Assembly (NCBI GenBank): GCA_951406725.2
Contig: OX597830.1
Coordinates: 55,676,001 to 55,740,000, forward strand
Reading direction: 5' to 3'
Source: Octopus vulgaris
Taxonomy: Eukaryota
DNA: 64,000 nt
The notes beneath the pieces were generated by a model. It did not search any database. It was given only the letters and a program-made list of their open reading frames with translations, and was not told where the DNA came from. Each line of letters begins with the position of its first letter. Within the stretch, counting starts at the first letter, position 1. The position numbers and the translations under genes were made by a program. Positions 1-14,088 of the stretch are shown here, piece by piece.

Positions 1-306
1 GGGAACTACGGGGTATTCTTATCTTGTGGTCTATCGGGAGTGGATGGCGGTGTAGCAGTGCTACTCCGAAAATCCATAGATCTCTAAGTATGGGCTATTT
101 TCTTGGGCCCGGATGGTAAGATAGTGGTCTTACACGTAAATGGCAGCGAAGGTGCCGCCTTAAGACTGGTGGCAGTTTATGCCTCAACAGGGCCTGTAAG
201 GCCAGATTTCTTCAGATGTCTAGAAACATTCTTGGGAACGTCCCGTACTTTAGTATTGGTGGGGGACTGGAACCATATTTTGGATGCGCGGAAGGACTAT
301 GTGGGT
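1..306 (+). mobile_element. L1/Tx1-like LINE apurinic-endonuclease fragment (decayed)
   Basis: GGVAVLLRK...LRLVAVYAS...LVLVGDWN motifs typical of APE domains; in-frame TAA near 85. Confidence 0.7.
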
Positions 307-420
307 TTGCCTTCCATCCTTGCGGGTCGATAAAATAAGTACCAGTTGAGCGATAAGGTGGATGTAATCGACTTGCTCGCTCCCAGGAACTGCTGCCTTG
401 AGCCAAAATCTGAAACCATT

Positions 421-454
<34 letters not shown>

Positions 455-479
455 TACTATGACTGTTATTTTTTTTCAG

Positions 480-607
480 GCAAGTCTAACCTGCAGATAT
501 GGAAAGTTTCCCACGATTTCTGTTACAGAAGTGCATTCAAAACCAAATGAAAACTTCGTAAGATGTCCAACGGGTTCTACGATGTTGTCATGCACCTACT
601 GGTCTTC
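480..607 (+). CDS. Exon 1 (first in window): Cys-rich module
   Basis: ttttttcag|GCA...TC|gtacgt; ASLTCRYGKFPTISVTEVHSKPNENFVRCPTGSTMLSCTYWSS; phase 0 to 2. Confidence 0.8.
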
Positions 608-666
608 GTACGTTTACTTTATATATTCATACATATGCAGCTACAAGTGTGTGAGGGTGTATATAT

Positions 667-716
<50 letters not shown>

Positions 717-810
717 TACAGATATAGGGTGAAATATAATTAATTTAATAAAATCAACAAATTTCACCTAGTAGTATTTCGATATGGAAAAGGACCATAT
801 TCGGTAAAAA

Positions 811-981
811 TTTATATAATTAGAATAATAAGGGTATTTTGCAACAAGTTGCTTAAACCACATACCGAAAATTTTAGAAATAGCAGCCAAAAGACTAAAA
901 TTTTCCAAAATTTTCTAAAATTTTCGGTATTCGGTTTAAGCAACTTGTTGCAAAAAACCCTTATTATTCTAATTATATAAA
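811..981. repeat. ~70-bp inverted repeat (foldback) between (TA)n tracts
   Basis: 811-880 is the near-perfect reverse complement of 912-981. Confidence 0.85.
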
Positions 982-1419
982 TATATATATGCAGTTACGG
1001 TATTTTCTGTTGAGAACGTAGTAGAGTACATTATAAGGCATATCCACCTTCAGATTTATCTTGTGCTATCCAGTAGTAATATTATACATACTTCCAGATT
1101 TGCGTTTGGTGCCACCTAGAAGGAGTACGGTTGGACATTTATTTTTTAATCACTACAATTGTTTCCACGCAACGTAGTTCACCAGCAGAGCAAGTATTTG
1201 ATTATGCAACTGTTTGCCTGCATTATGAGGTCAGGTTGTGTTTCCACAGGCGATGGCCTGAGAAAAACAAGCTAGATCTCATAATGAAGGCAAACAGTTG
1301 CATAATCAAATACTTGCTCTGCTGGAGAACTACGTTGCGTGGAAACAATTGTAGTGATTTAAAAATAAATGTCCATCTGACTCCAATTTTTTCAAGTATA
1401 TATACATACATATATATAT

Positions 1420-1501
<82 letters not shown>

Positions 1502-1577
1502 GTGTGTATATATGTCTATATATATATATATGTATATGTATATGTATATATATATATATGCATATATATATATATAT

Positions 1578-1960
1578 CTCTTTTACTTGTTTCAGTCATT
1601 TGACTGCGGCCATGCTGGAGCACCGCCTTTAATCGAGCAACTCGACCCCGGGACTTATTCTTTGTAAGCCCAGTACTTATTCTATCGGTCTCTTTTTTGC
1701 CGAGCCGCTAAGTGACGGGGACGTAAACACACCAGCATCGGTCGTCAAGCGATGCTAGGGGGTCAAACACAGACACGCAAACACACACATATATATATAT
1801 ATACATATATACGACAGGCTTCTTTCAGTTTCCGTCTACCAAATCCACTCACAAGGCATTGGTCGGCCCGGGGCTATAGCAGAAGACACTTGCCCAAGAT
1901 GCCACGCAGAGGGACTGAACCCGGAACCATGTGGTTGGTTAGCAAGCTACTTACCACACA
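1578..1960 (-). mobile_element. tRNA-derived SINE family A
   Basis: Nearly identical to 52694-53103 and 59277-59695; B-box-like GGGTTCAGTCC; tail GGCGGTGCTCCAGCATGGCCGCAGTCAAATGACTGAAACAAGTAAAAGA. Confidence 0.85.
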
Positions 1961-2339
1961 ATATATAATGTAGTATCATACATCCTAAAATCTTGTTTAT
2001 TACAATATTACATACAATGCGTTTACTTTAAATCCATCGGATGAAATACTAAGTGATCGTTTACCTTTACCAACTTCCCGTTGTTGTTGTTCTATATCAT
2101 TCCATGTAGTTAGCTAGAACTTGGATTATACTAGAGTACTTGTACGGTCCCTTCCCATTCCTTCCCATCTTATGGCACTTTTTCGCAACCACATGGTTCC
2201 GGGTTCGGTTTCACTGCGTGACCGTGACACCCTGGGCAAGTGTCTTCTACAATAGCCTGAGGCCGACCAAAGTCTTGTCAGTGGATTCTGGTTGACGGAA
2301 ACTGAAAGAGGACTGTCGTACGGGGTCACAATCACGAGC

Positions 2340-2612
2340 GTGTGAGTTTGATTCCTGGACCGGGCTGTGTGTTGTGTTCTTCAACAAGTTGCTCTATTTC
2401 ATTCAGCTGTAGAAATGGGCTGCGATGTCACTGGTGCCAAACTGTACCGGCATTTGTCTTTCCCTTGGATAACATCGGTGGCAAGGAGAGGGGAGTCTGG
2501 TATGCATGGGCGATTGCTGGTCTCCCATAAACAAACTTTCCCAGACTTATGCCCCGGAAGTGAACTTTGTAGGAGCAATCCCATCTTCATTCATGACCTA
2601 AGGGGGATTTTA

Positions 2613-2615
<3 letters not shown>
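2340..2615 (+). mobile_element. SINE family C, partial
   Basis: Homologous to the reverse complement of 51963-52305. Confidence 0.7.
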
Positions 2616-2683
<68 letters not shown>

Positions 2684-2702
2684 TTTTATATATATTCATA
2701 TA

Positions 2703-2850
<148 letters not shown>

Positions 2851-2863
2851 TATGTATATATAT

Positions 2864-2912
<49 letters not shown>

Positions 2913-2946
2913 TATATTATATATTCATATATATTATATATTCATA

Positions 2947-3262
2947 CCTTGGGCAAATTTCTTCTACTATAGCCCCGGGCCGACCAAAGCCTTGTGAGTG
3001 GATTTGGTAGACGAGAACAGAAAGAAGCCCGTCGTATGTGTGTGTGTGTGTGTATGATTGTGTGCCTGTGTTTGTCCCCCTTCATCACTTGACAACAGAT
3101 GTTGATGTGTTTACGTCCCCGTAACTTAGCGGTTCATCAAAAGCGACCGATAGAATAAGTACTAGTCTTACAAAGAATGAGTCCTGGGGTCGACTTGTTC
3201 GACTAATGGCGGTGTTCCAGCATGGCCGCAGCCAACTGTGTGAAACAAGTAAAAGAATTAAA

Positions 3263-3266
<4 letters not shown>
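2947..3266 (+). mobile_element. SINE family A, 5'-truncated
   Basis: Matches body and tail of family A. Confidence 0.8.
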
Positions 3267-3309
<43 letters not shown>

Positions 3310-3951
3310 TATATTATTCAAAGAAATTCCAACTCTGTTTTTTATGTTTTATTTATATTCTTATAATATTAATGTAGAATATAGAATATATTGTATAAAT
3401 ATTATATATAGTAGTATAATGAAATGAAGTAGTGATTGTCTTATTGAATAGATGAAATGTTGAATATAAAATATTAAGGGACTAGTATACTTTCCTGCAT
3501 TATAGAAGTCTTCAAGGTCCCAGGTTGTGACAGTAGTGTTTCAACTGTGGCCAGTCAACCAGTGAAAAATCTCCAGGACGGAATTTTTGAAACCATTTCT
3601 GAAATATGCGTTCTGTTAAGCAATCAACTCCATAAACTTTACATTTGAGCCTCAGCAGCTTTCTTGCTTTTACGGAAATAAACAAGTAAAATATGGCGGA
3701 AAGATTCGTTTATGCCCTCCATGTTAAAATTGACACTGAAATAAAATTACGTCAATTTGCTTCTAAAGTTAGCTAAAAGTAACAGCTATAAAATTTCAGA
3801 AGCAAAAAATCATAACATTAACAAAATTCATTCAAAACAATTGTAACTATTTGCGAAAAACAAAATTACTTTCTTACCAATCAAATAATTATATACAATC
3901 AAATATATAGCTCCTACACGCATTTTTCTCTCCTTGTTTCTTTTCTGTGTA

Positions 3952-3989
3952 TCGTTCTGTCGAAGAGCGTAGGCTCGAAACGTAAAAGA
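3952..3989 (+). ncRNA. Minimal hammerhead-ribozyme-like motif, variant core
   Basis: tcgtt-CTGTCGA-A-GAGC gtag GCTC-GAAA-CG-TA-aaaga; second copy of the same repeat on the minus strand at 39211-39248. Confidence 0.5.
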
Positions 3990-4159
3990 CTTGTTCTATT
4001 TCTATTCCTGAGCGCCATACTAATACATTTGTTTATTTGTACTCCACCTGCCTTCGTCTTTTGTTTATTTTCGTAAACCTTCCCGTTATATATATATATA
4101 TATGTATATATAGTAGAAATATGTTTTGAAAAAAATATAAAATACACGTGGAAGTGTAA

Positions 4160-5712
4160 GGGTAAAATAAGAAAAGTCAACGAAAATGCATATTGTAGAT
4201 ATAAAAAGACTATTTATGATAGGTAGTGACAAAAATATACATTTAGAGTATTACGAGTCAAAAAGGTCATTATTATTGATGATCATAAGAAGTTAATAAT
4301 AATAAGGAAAGGGACTGAAACGAACCAATTGATTTTCGCGTTAGCTGTTCATCGTTTGAATAACACCGGTTACTAGACGGTGTCAGGTCTAATAGTTCCT
4401 GAGAGAAAAGATTATTTGTAAGGGAGGTAAGTAGTTCTGGATTATATGTATAAGGGAGGTAAGTAGTTCAGGAATTAGAAATGTGAGTGGTGTAGAAAGT
4501 GAATAGGGTTTAGTGGTTTAAATTGAAGAGTTAGTGATGTTCTGTATTGAGTTGTGTGTTCATATTTAGTTGGGGGATAAATTTGTTGATGAAAAATGCC
4601 TCTTTATTCAACCTTTGTTGCATTGTGGTGTTCTGTGAGCATTGGTAAAAGGGAAATATTTAGAAGTTGGGATTACGATTCCTGGCACATCTTTCTATGT
4701 GTTCACTCACCTTTAACTGTCTGTATTGTGGGTGGCGGATTTGCTCTTTGTGAATGGTGATTCTTTGACGGAGCGAAATTCCTGTTTGTCCAATATAGAG
4801 TTTACCACATCCTATGCATGTCATGACATAGATTACATTTGCTGAGGCGCAGGTGAAATTTGATTTGATCTTAAATATTTCTCCTTGTTTGAATTGGAAT
4901 TCTGAACCCTCCAGAAGGTGGGGGCATGTTCCACAGTTGGAACGTCCACATTTTGTCACATTTGGCTCAGTAGTTAGTGGGTAAAGTCTAGCGCTGGTTA
5001 GTATTCTTTTCAGTGACTTCGGTTGCTCTTTGCTTTTTATAATTATATATGAGTTTAAAATTTTGTTCATTGTTTTGTCTGCTGTGAGGATGGGAAGGTT
5101 TTGGGTGATGATGTTGAAGGCTTCGTTATTTCTGGGTTTATGTGTGGAGATGTACGGGAGTATTTTTAAGTCTTGTTTAGTATTTCGGCTAGTTTTCCTT
5201 AATCTTTTTATATCTATTCCCTTAGCTCTTTTGATGCCTTCATTTACTAATTAGATTGGGTAGTGTATTTTAGTTAGTGTAGATCTAAGTTCAAGGAGTC
5301 TATGTTCACGAGTGTATGTATCGGAAACTATGGTGCAGATTCTTTTTGATAGGTTAAAGGGTATGTTGATTTTTATATGTTTGGGGTGGCAGGAGTTAAA
5401 TAATAGGTATTGTTTAGAGTCTGTGAGTTTATAAAAGATGTCTGTTTCTATGTGGTTGTTAACTATTCTAATTGAGATGTCTAGAAAAGGTAGTTGCTTA
5501 CTGTTGTGTTCCATAGTGAATTGTATATTGCTGTGTATGTTGTTGAGCATTCTTTTAAAATCAAGGAGTTGATCCATGCTATCTTGCCAAAGTATGAAGC
5601 AATCACCTTTTTGACTCGTAATACTCTAAATGTATATTTTTGTCACTACCTATCATAAATAGACTTTTTATATCTACAATAGGCATTTTCGTTGACTTTT
5701 CTTATTTTACCC
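4160..5712 (-). mobile_element. Penelope-like retroelement, 5'-truncated, with inverted terminal copy
   Basis: RT C-terminus/thumb (IQFTME, LPFLDI, QYLLFNSCHP), Cys linker (CGRSNCGTC) and GIY-YIG endonuclease (VIYVMTCIGCGKLYIGQT), with two in-frame stops; 4160-4267 is an inverted copy of 5605-5712. Confidence 0.92.
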
Positions 5713-5713
5713 C

Positions 5714-5777
<64 letters not shown>

Positions 5778-5821
5778 TGTGTGTATGTATATATACACAC
5801 ACATATATATATAAATATACG

Positions 5822-5878
<57 letters not shown>

Positions 5879-5925
5879 ACATACATACATACATATATAC
5901 ACGGCATTTATTTTGTGTCTTGCAG

Positions 5926-6023
5926 GAGAAGTAGACCAAAGAGAGGAAATGGTAAAGTGTCATTTTATGGAAACGCTTGCCGCACTTACTGTGCGCAGTG
6001 TACGGCTCATGCTACATGTTTAC
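5926..6023 (+). CDS. Exon 2: end of Cys-rich module, contains RPKR
   Basis: tgtcttgcag|G...C|gtaagt; RSRPKRGNGKVSFYGNACRTYCAQCTAHATCL; phase 2 to 1. Confidence 0.82.
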
Positions 6024-6199
6024 GTAAGTATGTGCTATTACTCTGACGAGTGCAAGTTAAGGAAACTTAGTCGATTGAACCATACACACTCTTACACGCG
6101 GATACAAACACACACATACACACACGCACACGTACACACATATATATGTGTGAGATAGTTTGGTTAGTAATTATACGTGGTTGAATATGAAAGGAAAGA

Positions 6200-6670
6200 A
6201 ATATATATATATGAATTTTTTGTGTAATGAGATAAAAACCAAGGCTGTATAGATATTAGAACATTTATAGATAGAAGGTCTTACAGCTGTTTCTAGGATA
6301 TTAATTAATAATAATATCCCTTCATCGGAGTCATAGTTAGTTTCGATGTGATATAAATAGAGAGTGAGGTGGAGAAAAGTAAATATATATATATATATAT
6401 GAGGCCCACAGCTCTTCAATATCCTCCCGAAGAACCTGAGAGACCTGCATGGGGTGGATACAGATGTCTTTAAAATGGAGCTGGATCTCTTCCTGTCAGG
6501 TGTCCCAGATGAACCAACTTCACGGCAGGAGGTGCAGATGATGGCAGCTGCATCGAACTCTCTCATGCACCAAATAGCAGTTGCTAGAAAGCCTCCATGA
6601 AGTGAAACCAAGTAGCAACACCAAATGGCGGTGCCCCAGCATGGCCACAGCTCATAAGCTGAAACTAGAA

Positions 6671-6725
<55 letters not shown>

Positions 6726-6930
6726 AAAATCACACAGTGGGAGGAGTAGCAGAAAGAGTAGTATAAGTGAAGGGAGAGGAGAGAAAATAGATGTAAGATA
6801 TGTATGGTTATTAAGTTCATAAATCCGTTTTATAGGCATAATGGTATATATGTGTATTATTCCAATGTCCTTTGAGTAAAATTTATACAGCCTTGGTTTT
6901 TATCTCATTACACAAAAAATTCATATATAC
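6200..6930. mobile_element. Penelope-like terminal remnant with inverted ends and degenerate hammerhead, interrupted by a LINE tail
   Basis: 6211-6254 is inverted relative to 6881-6925; minus strand 6278-6332 reads CCGATGA-stem-GAAACAGCTGTA-agac. Confidence 0.55.
6400..6690 (+). mobile_element. CR1-like LINE 3' end with poly(A)
   Basis: GPQLFNILPKNLRDL...FKMELDLFLSGVPDEP ORF2 C-terminus, then a 3' stem-loop and A-tract. Confidence 0.75.
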
Positions 6931-7061
6931 ACATGCTGACATAGGACCAACGTTGAACACTTTATTCGCAATATTACCGAATCTGGAACTTATTTACGGT
7001 CTGTCTATAGCAATTATTCAGCATTACCCGACACCTTTGGGTCTCAATGACACCATTATCT

Positions 7062-7138
<77 letters not shown>

Positions 7139-7353
7139 TACAGTTAATGAGAGGAATGACCACTGTCTTTAGCATATTAAGAATCCACTTTAGTAGTCAT
7201 TCCTTTTATTAATTGTAATATAATTTTTAAATCCTCGGACTTTCTTTGAATATGCTAGACCACTGGTTTAAGTTGATATTAATTGATTGATATCAATTTC
7301 TACCTTCATTGTTTAATTATATATATATATATATATATTTATTATATAGAAGG

Positions 7354-7404
7354 AGCTTCTACAGGACTAGTACTGTTTCATTCAAGAGAAATCTTCAGGA
7401 AGCT
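7354..7404 (-). ncRNA. Type I hammerhead ribozyme motif
   Basis: Exact reverse complement of 11353-11403. Confidence 0.65.
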
Positions 7405-7749
7405 ATTTAACAAGAATTGTATTAGCATTTATACATTTAGGCAGGTTTAAAGGAGTGGTGGTGGGGGACTTTTTGGGGGTAGGCATAGCGCAAAATATCA
7501 TACTTGGGGGAGTGGTCAAGGAGTCAGTGGTAAGTTAGATGAAAGAATAGATAAATAAAAAAATAAAAAAATAAAAAATAAAAAAATAAAAAATAAAATA
7601 AAAAATAAAAAAATAAAAAATATAAAAAATATATATAAAAAAATATATATATATAAAATATATATATATAAAATATATATATAAAAAAATATATATATAT
7701 AAAAAAAGGGGGGATAGAGTTATAGGTAAATAAGGAGATTCTCACTTAT

Positions 7750-7813
7750 ACCTATACACACATGTATACGTATCTACACACACATACCTACATACACATA
7801 TATATACACACAC

Positions 7814-7858
<45 letters not shown>

Positions 7859-8734
7859 CATATGTACACACATACATACATATCTACATACACACATACA
7901 TACACCCGCCCACATATACAAATTTATACACATGCACATGCCTATACCTGTCTACACATACACACACGTATATATGCATACACTCACTCCCATGCATGCA
8001 CGCATACACACATGTATATATATATATATATATACCCACGACCACACATACATATATACACATAAAAATATATATTCATACGCACATACACTCATGCATA
8101 CACAACACACCTAGTTCCCTATATACACATATTTACACCTATATATACATACACCCACATACACCTATGTACACATATATATATATAAACATATACACGC
8201 ATACATATATATACATGTGTGCACATACATACATACACACATATATACATACACATACACATACACATGTGTACCTATACATACCTACACATACACACAT
8301 ACATACATACAAATATACATATACATATATATATATACAATCCAAAACAGGCCCATTCCCTAATTTTAATTTTATTATCTTCATTTATTACTTTAGTTAT
8401 CTTTGATCGCTAGGGCTAAGAATCCTGGCAATGGCTGCATTTCCATTTGTCTGTCTACTAGAAGGCAAGTACTCATTCCCGCACGCACACTCATTAGCAC
8501 GTACATTCACCCATTCGTACACTCATACACATACACGTACGCACGCGTTATATTCATACATACAAACATCTACATACGTTCACGTATATACACATACGTA
8601 CTCGTACCTACAGATTCGTGTCTACACTTTAGGAGGCTAGTCTATACATATACACCAATAAATATACACATATATATATATACCTGCATATACATACACA
8701 CACACACATATATACTCCTACATACAGATACATA

Positions 8735-8785
<51 letters not shown>

Positions 8786-9257
8786 TTAATAAGGGTGAGA
8801 GAATTAGATACTAATTTAATAGTATATTTATTCCACACCAAGTGGCCTAGTGCTACGAGAAACCTGGATTATTATAATATTTTATAACATATTATAATAT
8901 TTTCACAAAATAAATATAAGAGAGTGTTCACTATATTGATCACTCTAGCACCAGTTAATCCAAGAGGTTTCAACCACGAAAAATACATGTTTCCCATGAA
9001 AGCCGGTACGACTGTTAGCTCACATATAACACCCATCTATATATATGTATATATATATATATATATATACACACTCATACACACATACACACATACATAT
9101 ACACACACATACATACACATATATATACATACACAAACATATATACACACATATATATATACATACACACATACACACATACATACGTATACATACATAC
9201 ATACATCCATACATCCATACTTACATGCATTTATACGCATACACACACCTATCTATA

Positions 9258-9300
<43 letters not shown>

Positions 9301-9577
9301 TCACACATACATATACAAATCTACGCACACACATACATACATACACGTATACGCATACACGCACATACACATATACATGCGTACCCATACACGTGCACAC
9401 ACGCACGCGCATCCATATATATACACACACACACATATATATACACGTGTGCAAGCATACATACATACTCATACGCGCACACATACTTACAAATACATAT
9501 ATGCACACACTTACACACATATATATACCTACACATATACATGCATACATACATATATGCATACATACACACACGCA

Positions 9578-9629
<52 letters not shown>

Positions 9630-9693
9630 CATATATAGACATATATACACATACATACACATACACATACATACACACATATACACATATATC

Positions 9694-9727
<34 letters not shown>

Positions 9728-9934
9728 TACATATATACACATATACATACATATACATACACACACACACATGCATATATACATATACACTGATACACAT
9801 ACCCATACATACACATGCATATACTTATATCACTACATACTCACATATATAAACATATATACATATACACACATACATATATACATGTACATACACATAC
9901 GTATGCATATATATATATATACATATATATACAC

Positions 9935-9975
<41 letters not shown>

Positions 9976-10235
9976 TACATATACACATATACATGTATAC
10001 ATACGCAAAAATGATACACATATATACACATACACACACACAGACAGATGCATATACATACATATATATATATAAAAACTACATATCTATATAAATACAT
10101 ACATAATACACATATACACACACATATATATACATTCATGCATATACATATACAAGTATACATACACATACATACACACACACGCGCACACATACATATA
10201 CACACACACATATACAAATACATACATACACACAT

Positions 10236-10268
<33 letters not shown>

Positions 10269-10637
10269 CATACATGTACACATATACATATGTATATATA
10301 TATCAACAAGGGAGGGTAAAGTTAATTAGTTATTAATCAATTTCATCAAGTGTTCAGTATGTAAAGGGACCATTATTATTTTGAGTAAACAATGTTAGAG
10401 GGAAAAAAATTCTCTAAGTAGTGGAAGAGGCTAAAAAACTTTATTGGCTGCTATTTCTAGAAAGTTTAGTATGTGGCAAAGTAATTTATTTTATTTTCCT
10501 AAGCCCTAATTATATAATATTTTATACATACATACACATACATAAGCACATACATTTACACATACATATGCATATACATATATACACATATACATACAAA
10601 CACATATACACATATACACACACACACACATACAAGC

Positions 10638-10678
<41 letters not shown>

Positions 10679-10812
10679 AATATATATACATATATATTTT
10701 TACATGCATACATACACACACACACACATAATACATGCGTATATTCCTACTGTACCCATGCATTTCTATACATATATACATACATACGATACACATATAC
10801 AAGCGTGCACAT
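7750..10812. repeat. Complex (CA)/(TA)/(CATA) low-complexity array with small TE remnants
   Basis: About 3 kb of degenerate ACAT/ATAT/ACAC units. Confidence 0.9.
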
Positions 10813-11352
10813 ATAATATGTGAAAGGTCTTAGGAGAAAAGGTAATCGGGGGTGCTAGGGGAACAGTGGGGTTGGGGGGGGGTTGTAGGGGGGTTGTAGG
10901 GGGGGGGGTTGTAGGGGGGTTGTAGGGGGGGTTGTCATCAATCAGGTTGCCGGGTAGGTCTATAGTTCTTGTAGTTCGCATACTTCTTATGCATGCAATT
11001 TGGGGAGTGTTCTGAAAATTTGTTAAGGAGAGGGCCTTTGGCGAACAAGATCTCTAGGCTCTCTTTTTTTATATATATATATTTTTTTATATATATATTT
11101 TATATATATATATTTTTTTATATATATTTTTTATATTTTTTATTTTTTTATTTTTTTATTTTTTTATTTTATTTTTTTATTTTTTATTTTTTTATTTTTT
11201 TATTTATCTATTCTTTCATCTAACTTACCACTGACTCCTTGACCACTCCCCAAGTATGATATTTTGCGCTATGCCTACCCCCAAAAAGTCCCCCACCACC
11301 ACTCCTTTAAACCTGCCTAAATGTATAAATGCTAATACAATTCTTGTTAAAT

Positions 11353-11403
11353 AGCTTCCTGAAGATTTCTCTTGAATGAAACAGTACTAGTCCTGTAGAA
11401 GCT
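11353..11403 (+). ncRNA. Type I hammerhead ribozyme motif
   Basis: Stem I AGCTTC/GAAGCT; core CTGAAGA; short stem II ttc-tctt-gaa; GAAA; stem III ACAG/CTGT; GTA cleavage triplet. Confidence 0.68.
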
Positions 11404-11486
11404 CCTTCTATATAATAAATTAATTTTACTCTGCTATGTATTGAGTACCTTACTTACTGTGGTTAACCCCGAATCAACCCGGGACC

Positions 11487-11584
<98 letters not shown>

Positions 11585-11705
11585 AAGGTGGCAGTCAGAA
11601 TTTTGAATAATCTTTTATTTACCGCTTTTCGTCTATTAGTGGGAACAATTCAGAATAAATTTTCTATCAAATTTCGTTGCTTTTTCTACAGGTCGAAATG
11701 GATGC

Positions 11706-11738
<33 letters not shown>

Positions 11739-11967
11739 TGTATGTATGTATGTATGTATGTATGTATGTATGTATGTATGTATGTATGTATGTATGTGAG
11801 GCCTACATCTTTTGTATGAAGAATATTCCACCAGAATTATGAAAGCAATCTCAACATTAAGTTTGCAATTTATCCAAGGCAGAAACCCCGTAGCGTACGC
11901 CCTCTACAGAAATAAGGCTCACAGCGCATAACGACATTGCAGCACAATTATTTTATTTCCATGAGGG

Positions 11968-12680
11968 TAGTGATGGGGAACCTTTTTGTGCATGAAGGTC
12001 ACCCTACAATTAATCATCCCTCATAGAGCCCGCAATGAACAAATTATTTTTCCTTTTTTTTATCCCCTAAGTTATTTTATCCCCTAAGTAATTTATTTGT
12101 AACCTAATAAAAGAATGACAGGTATGTAGAAATCGAAAGCAGATACGTTCCGATATTTTATTTAAGTAAGTAGGTACGTTGTATACATATAATAATAAGT
12201 AAATGAATAATAACCTTATAAAAAAAAGTCTGCTCGTGAACATCGAGAATATAGCATTTTCAGATATTTAGTTTCGGCAAGTAGGTTCTTTTTATACAAA
12301 TTAAGGAGTTCTTTGAATTTACTTCTTTTTCTTTGTTTTTTTTTTTGTTTTGTTTTTTGAGAACGCATTTCGATATCAGACACTTACATAATGGTTCTTA
12401 GTTTCAATTGGTCCTCCAAATGCTCACCTGTCAATTGCGTTCTCAGTGAATTCTTGATTTGCGTCAAGTACGAGAATGTGGATTCACAACAGTTGGTTGA
12501 AGAAAAGCAGGACATTAGTCGGCGTGTATGTTTATATGCTTAGCTCACTATTTTCTCTAATGATTCTATGATTCAGGAAAAGGTTCATGTTAGAAGGAAA
12601 CCAGATTCCAATAGATATTTCGGTGGTCTTTGCCAGCCAAAATCATTGAAAAACGCCCATATGTATTGATAAGGTTTTGA
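11968..12680 (-). mobile_element. hAT (Charlie/SPIN-like) transposase relic
   Basis: Minus-strand LMSCFSSTNCCESTFSYLTQIKNSLRTQLTGEHLEDQLKLR resembles the hAT dimerisation domain; TIR-like TAGTGATGGGGAACCT at 11968. Confidence 0.7.
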
Positions 12681-13155
12681 GTAATAGGGAAATAGATGTT
12701 ATAAATAATTTAGTTCTTTTGTTACTTCGTTCTAAGCGTAACAACTCACGTATCGTCATGCCGTGCACACTTCATCTCCCAGTCACTTTGCGAACAGATG
12801 TCTGCCTACACCATATGCACTCACATCGCCCTACGCCAAACAAATTAGGTCTGTTTACTCTGTACAAGCTCACCCTTCCCGACGTACTCCTTACACCATA
12901 AAAACTCACTTCTTAATCTATACAAACTTATCGCTCTCCTACGTCACACAAACTTATACAAATTTGTGGCGTAAATAAAAGTATTATTATATGAGTTCAT
13001 AAACTCGCAGCCAACAAAATTTTGTCTTCATTAGATAGAAACTATTGATCTACAATTGAACTCTTTCTCACTTAGCATTTCGCACCCATAAATTTTTTAT
13101 AATTCATTTCATTTTATTTAACCTTTTATATTTGTGTGTGTGTTTGTGTTTGTGA

Positions 13156-13186
<31 letters not shown>

Positions 13187-13464
13187 CAAATAAGAAAATG
13201 GAGAAGCACAATAGTTGGTTCATCAACTTTAGGATATTAAAATGTTAACTTATTTATTTATTTATTAAAATGATAATTATAATAACATACATACATATGG
13301 TATATTATTCTATGCATATAAAATAAGAATACAAGCAATTATTAAAAGACATGAATATAAATTATTGAAATCACTTACAGCTGTTTCAGCCTATAGATAA
13401 AAGCATCTCATTCTGCCTATATTAGTCAAGTGTATTGAGGTAATAGGCAGTTGAAAATGAGGTA

Positions 13465-13510
<46 letters not shown>

Positions 13511-13559
13511 GGCCTCGACAGAGATTATAAAGTACAATCATAAAAATATAAATATATAT

Positions 13560-13629
<70 letters not shown>

Positions 13630-13749
13630 ATTTAATTCCGTTTACTTTATTGAAGGTGTTTTGTCTTTTCTTGAAATGTTTTCGTGAAAATTTTGTTCTT
13701 TTCTGTGGCATGTTTTTAAAATTCATTTATTTCTCTTCTTTTTCACCAA

Positions 13750-14075
13750 TACCACGCCGTCTTACCCCTCACCACTACCTTAATTAATTCTACCACCACC
13801 ACCACCGACAACAACAATGACACAACCTATTCTACTGCCATAACCACTAACACCATGTCCACAACCATTTCCAACTATACCTTTTAACCACGCTACCCCC
13901 TACCATCACCACCAACACCAACACCACAATTTATTCCATCACCACTACCATTCCCACCAACACCGCTATCACCGACATCACCATCACTTCCACTACTACC
14001 ACCGCCACCACTACCAACACCACCAAAACCACCACAACCACCATCACTACTGCGACCACCACCACGACAACCGTC
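13750..14075. repeat. Degenerate (ACC)n array directly upstream of exon 3
   Basis: ACC/ACT/AAC triplets with no AG dinucleotide. Confidence 0.85.
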
Positions 14076-14088
14076 TCAAAAACTACAG

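Larger units (their letters stand above)
7338..11419 (-). mobile_element. Penelope-like remnant bounded by ~360-bp inverted pLTR copies
   Basis: 7338-7708 and 11063-11419 are near-identical reverse complements, each with a hammerhead motif; minus-strand peptide EILFAKGPLLNKFSEHSPNCMH near 10985-11058 resembles a PLE ORF end. Confidence 0.72.

Noticed and set aside
4660-5577. Active Penelope ORF or domesticated gene
   Set aside because: 5'-truncated within RT and interrupted by in-frame stops.
13851-14088. In-frame Thr-rich mucin-like stretch upstream of exon 3
   Set aside because: It is open back only to a TAA at 13848 and contains no AG acceptor, so it is best read as an intronic (ACC)n repeat.
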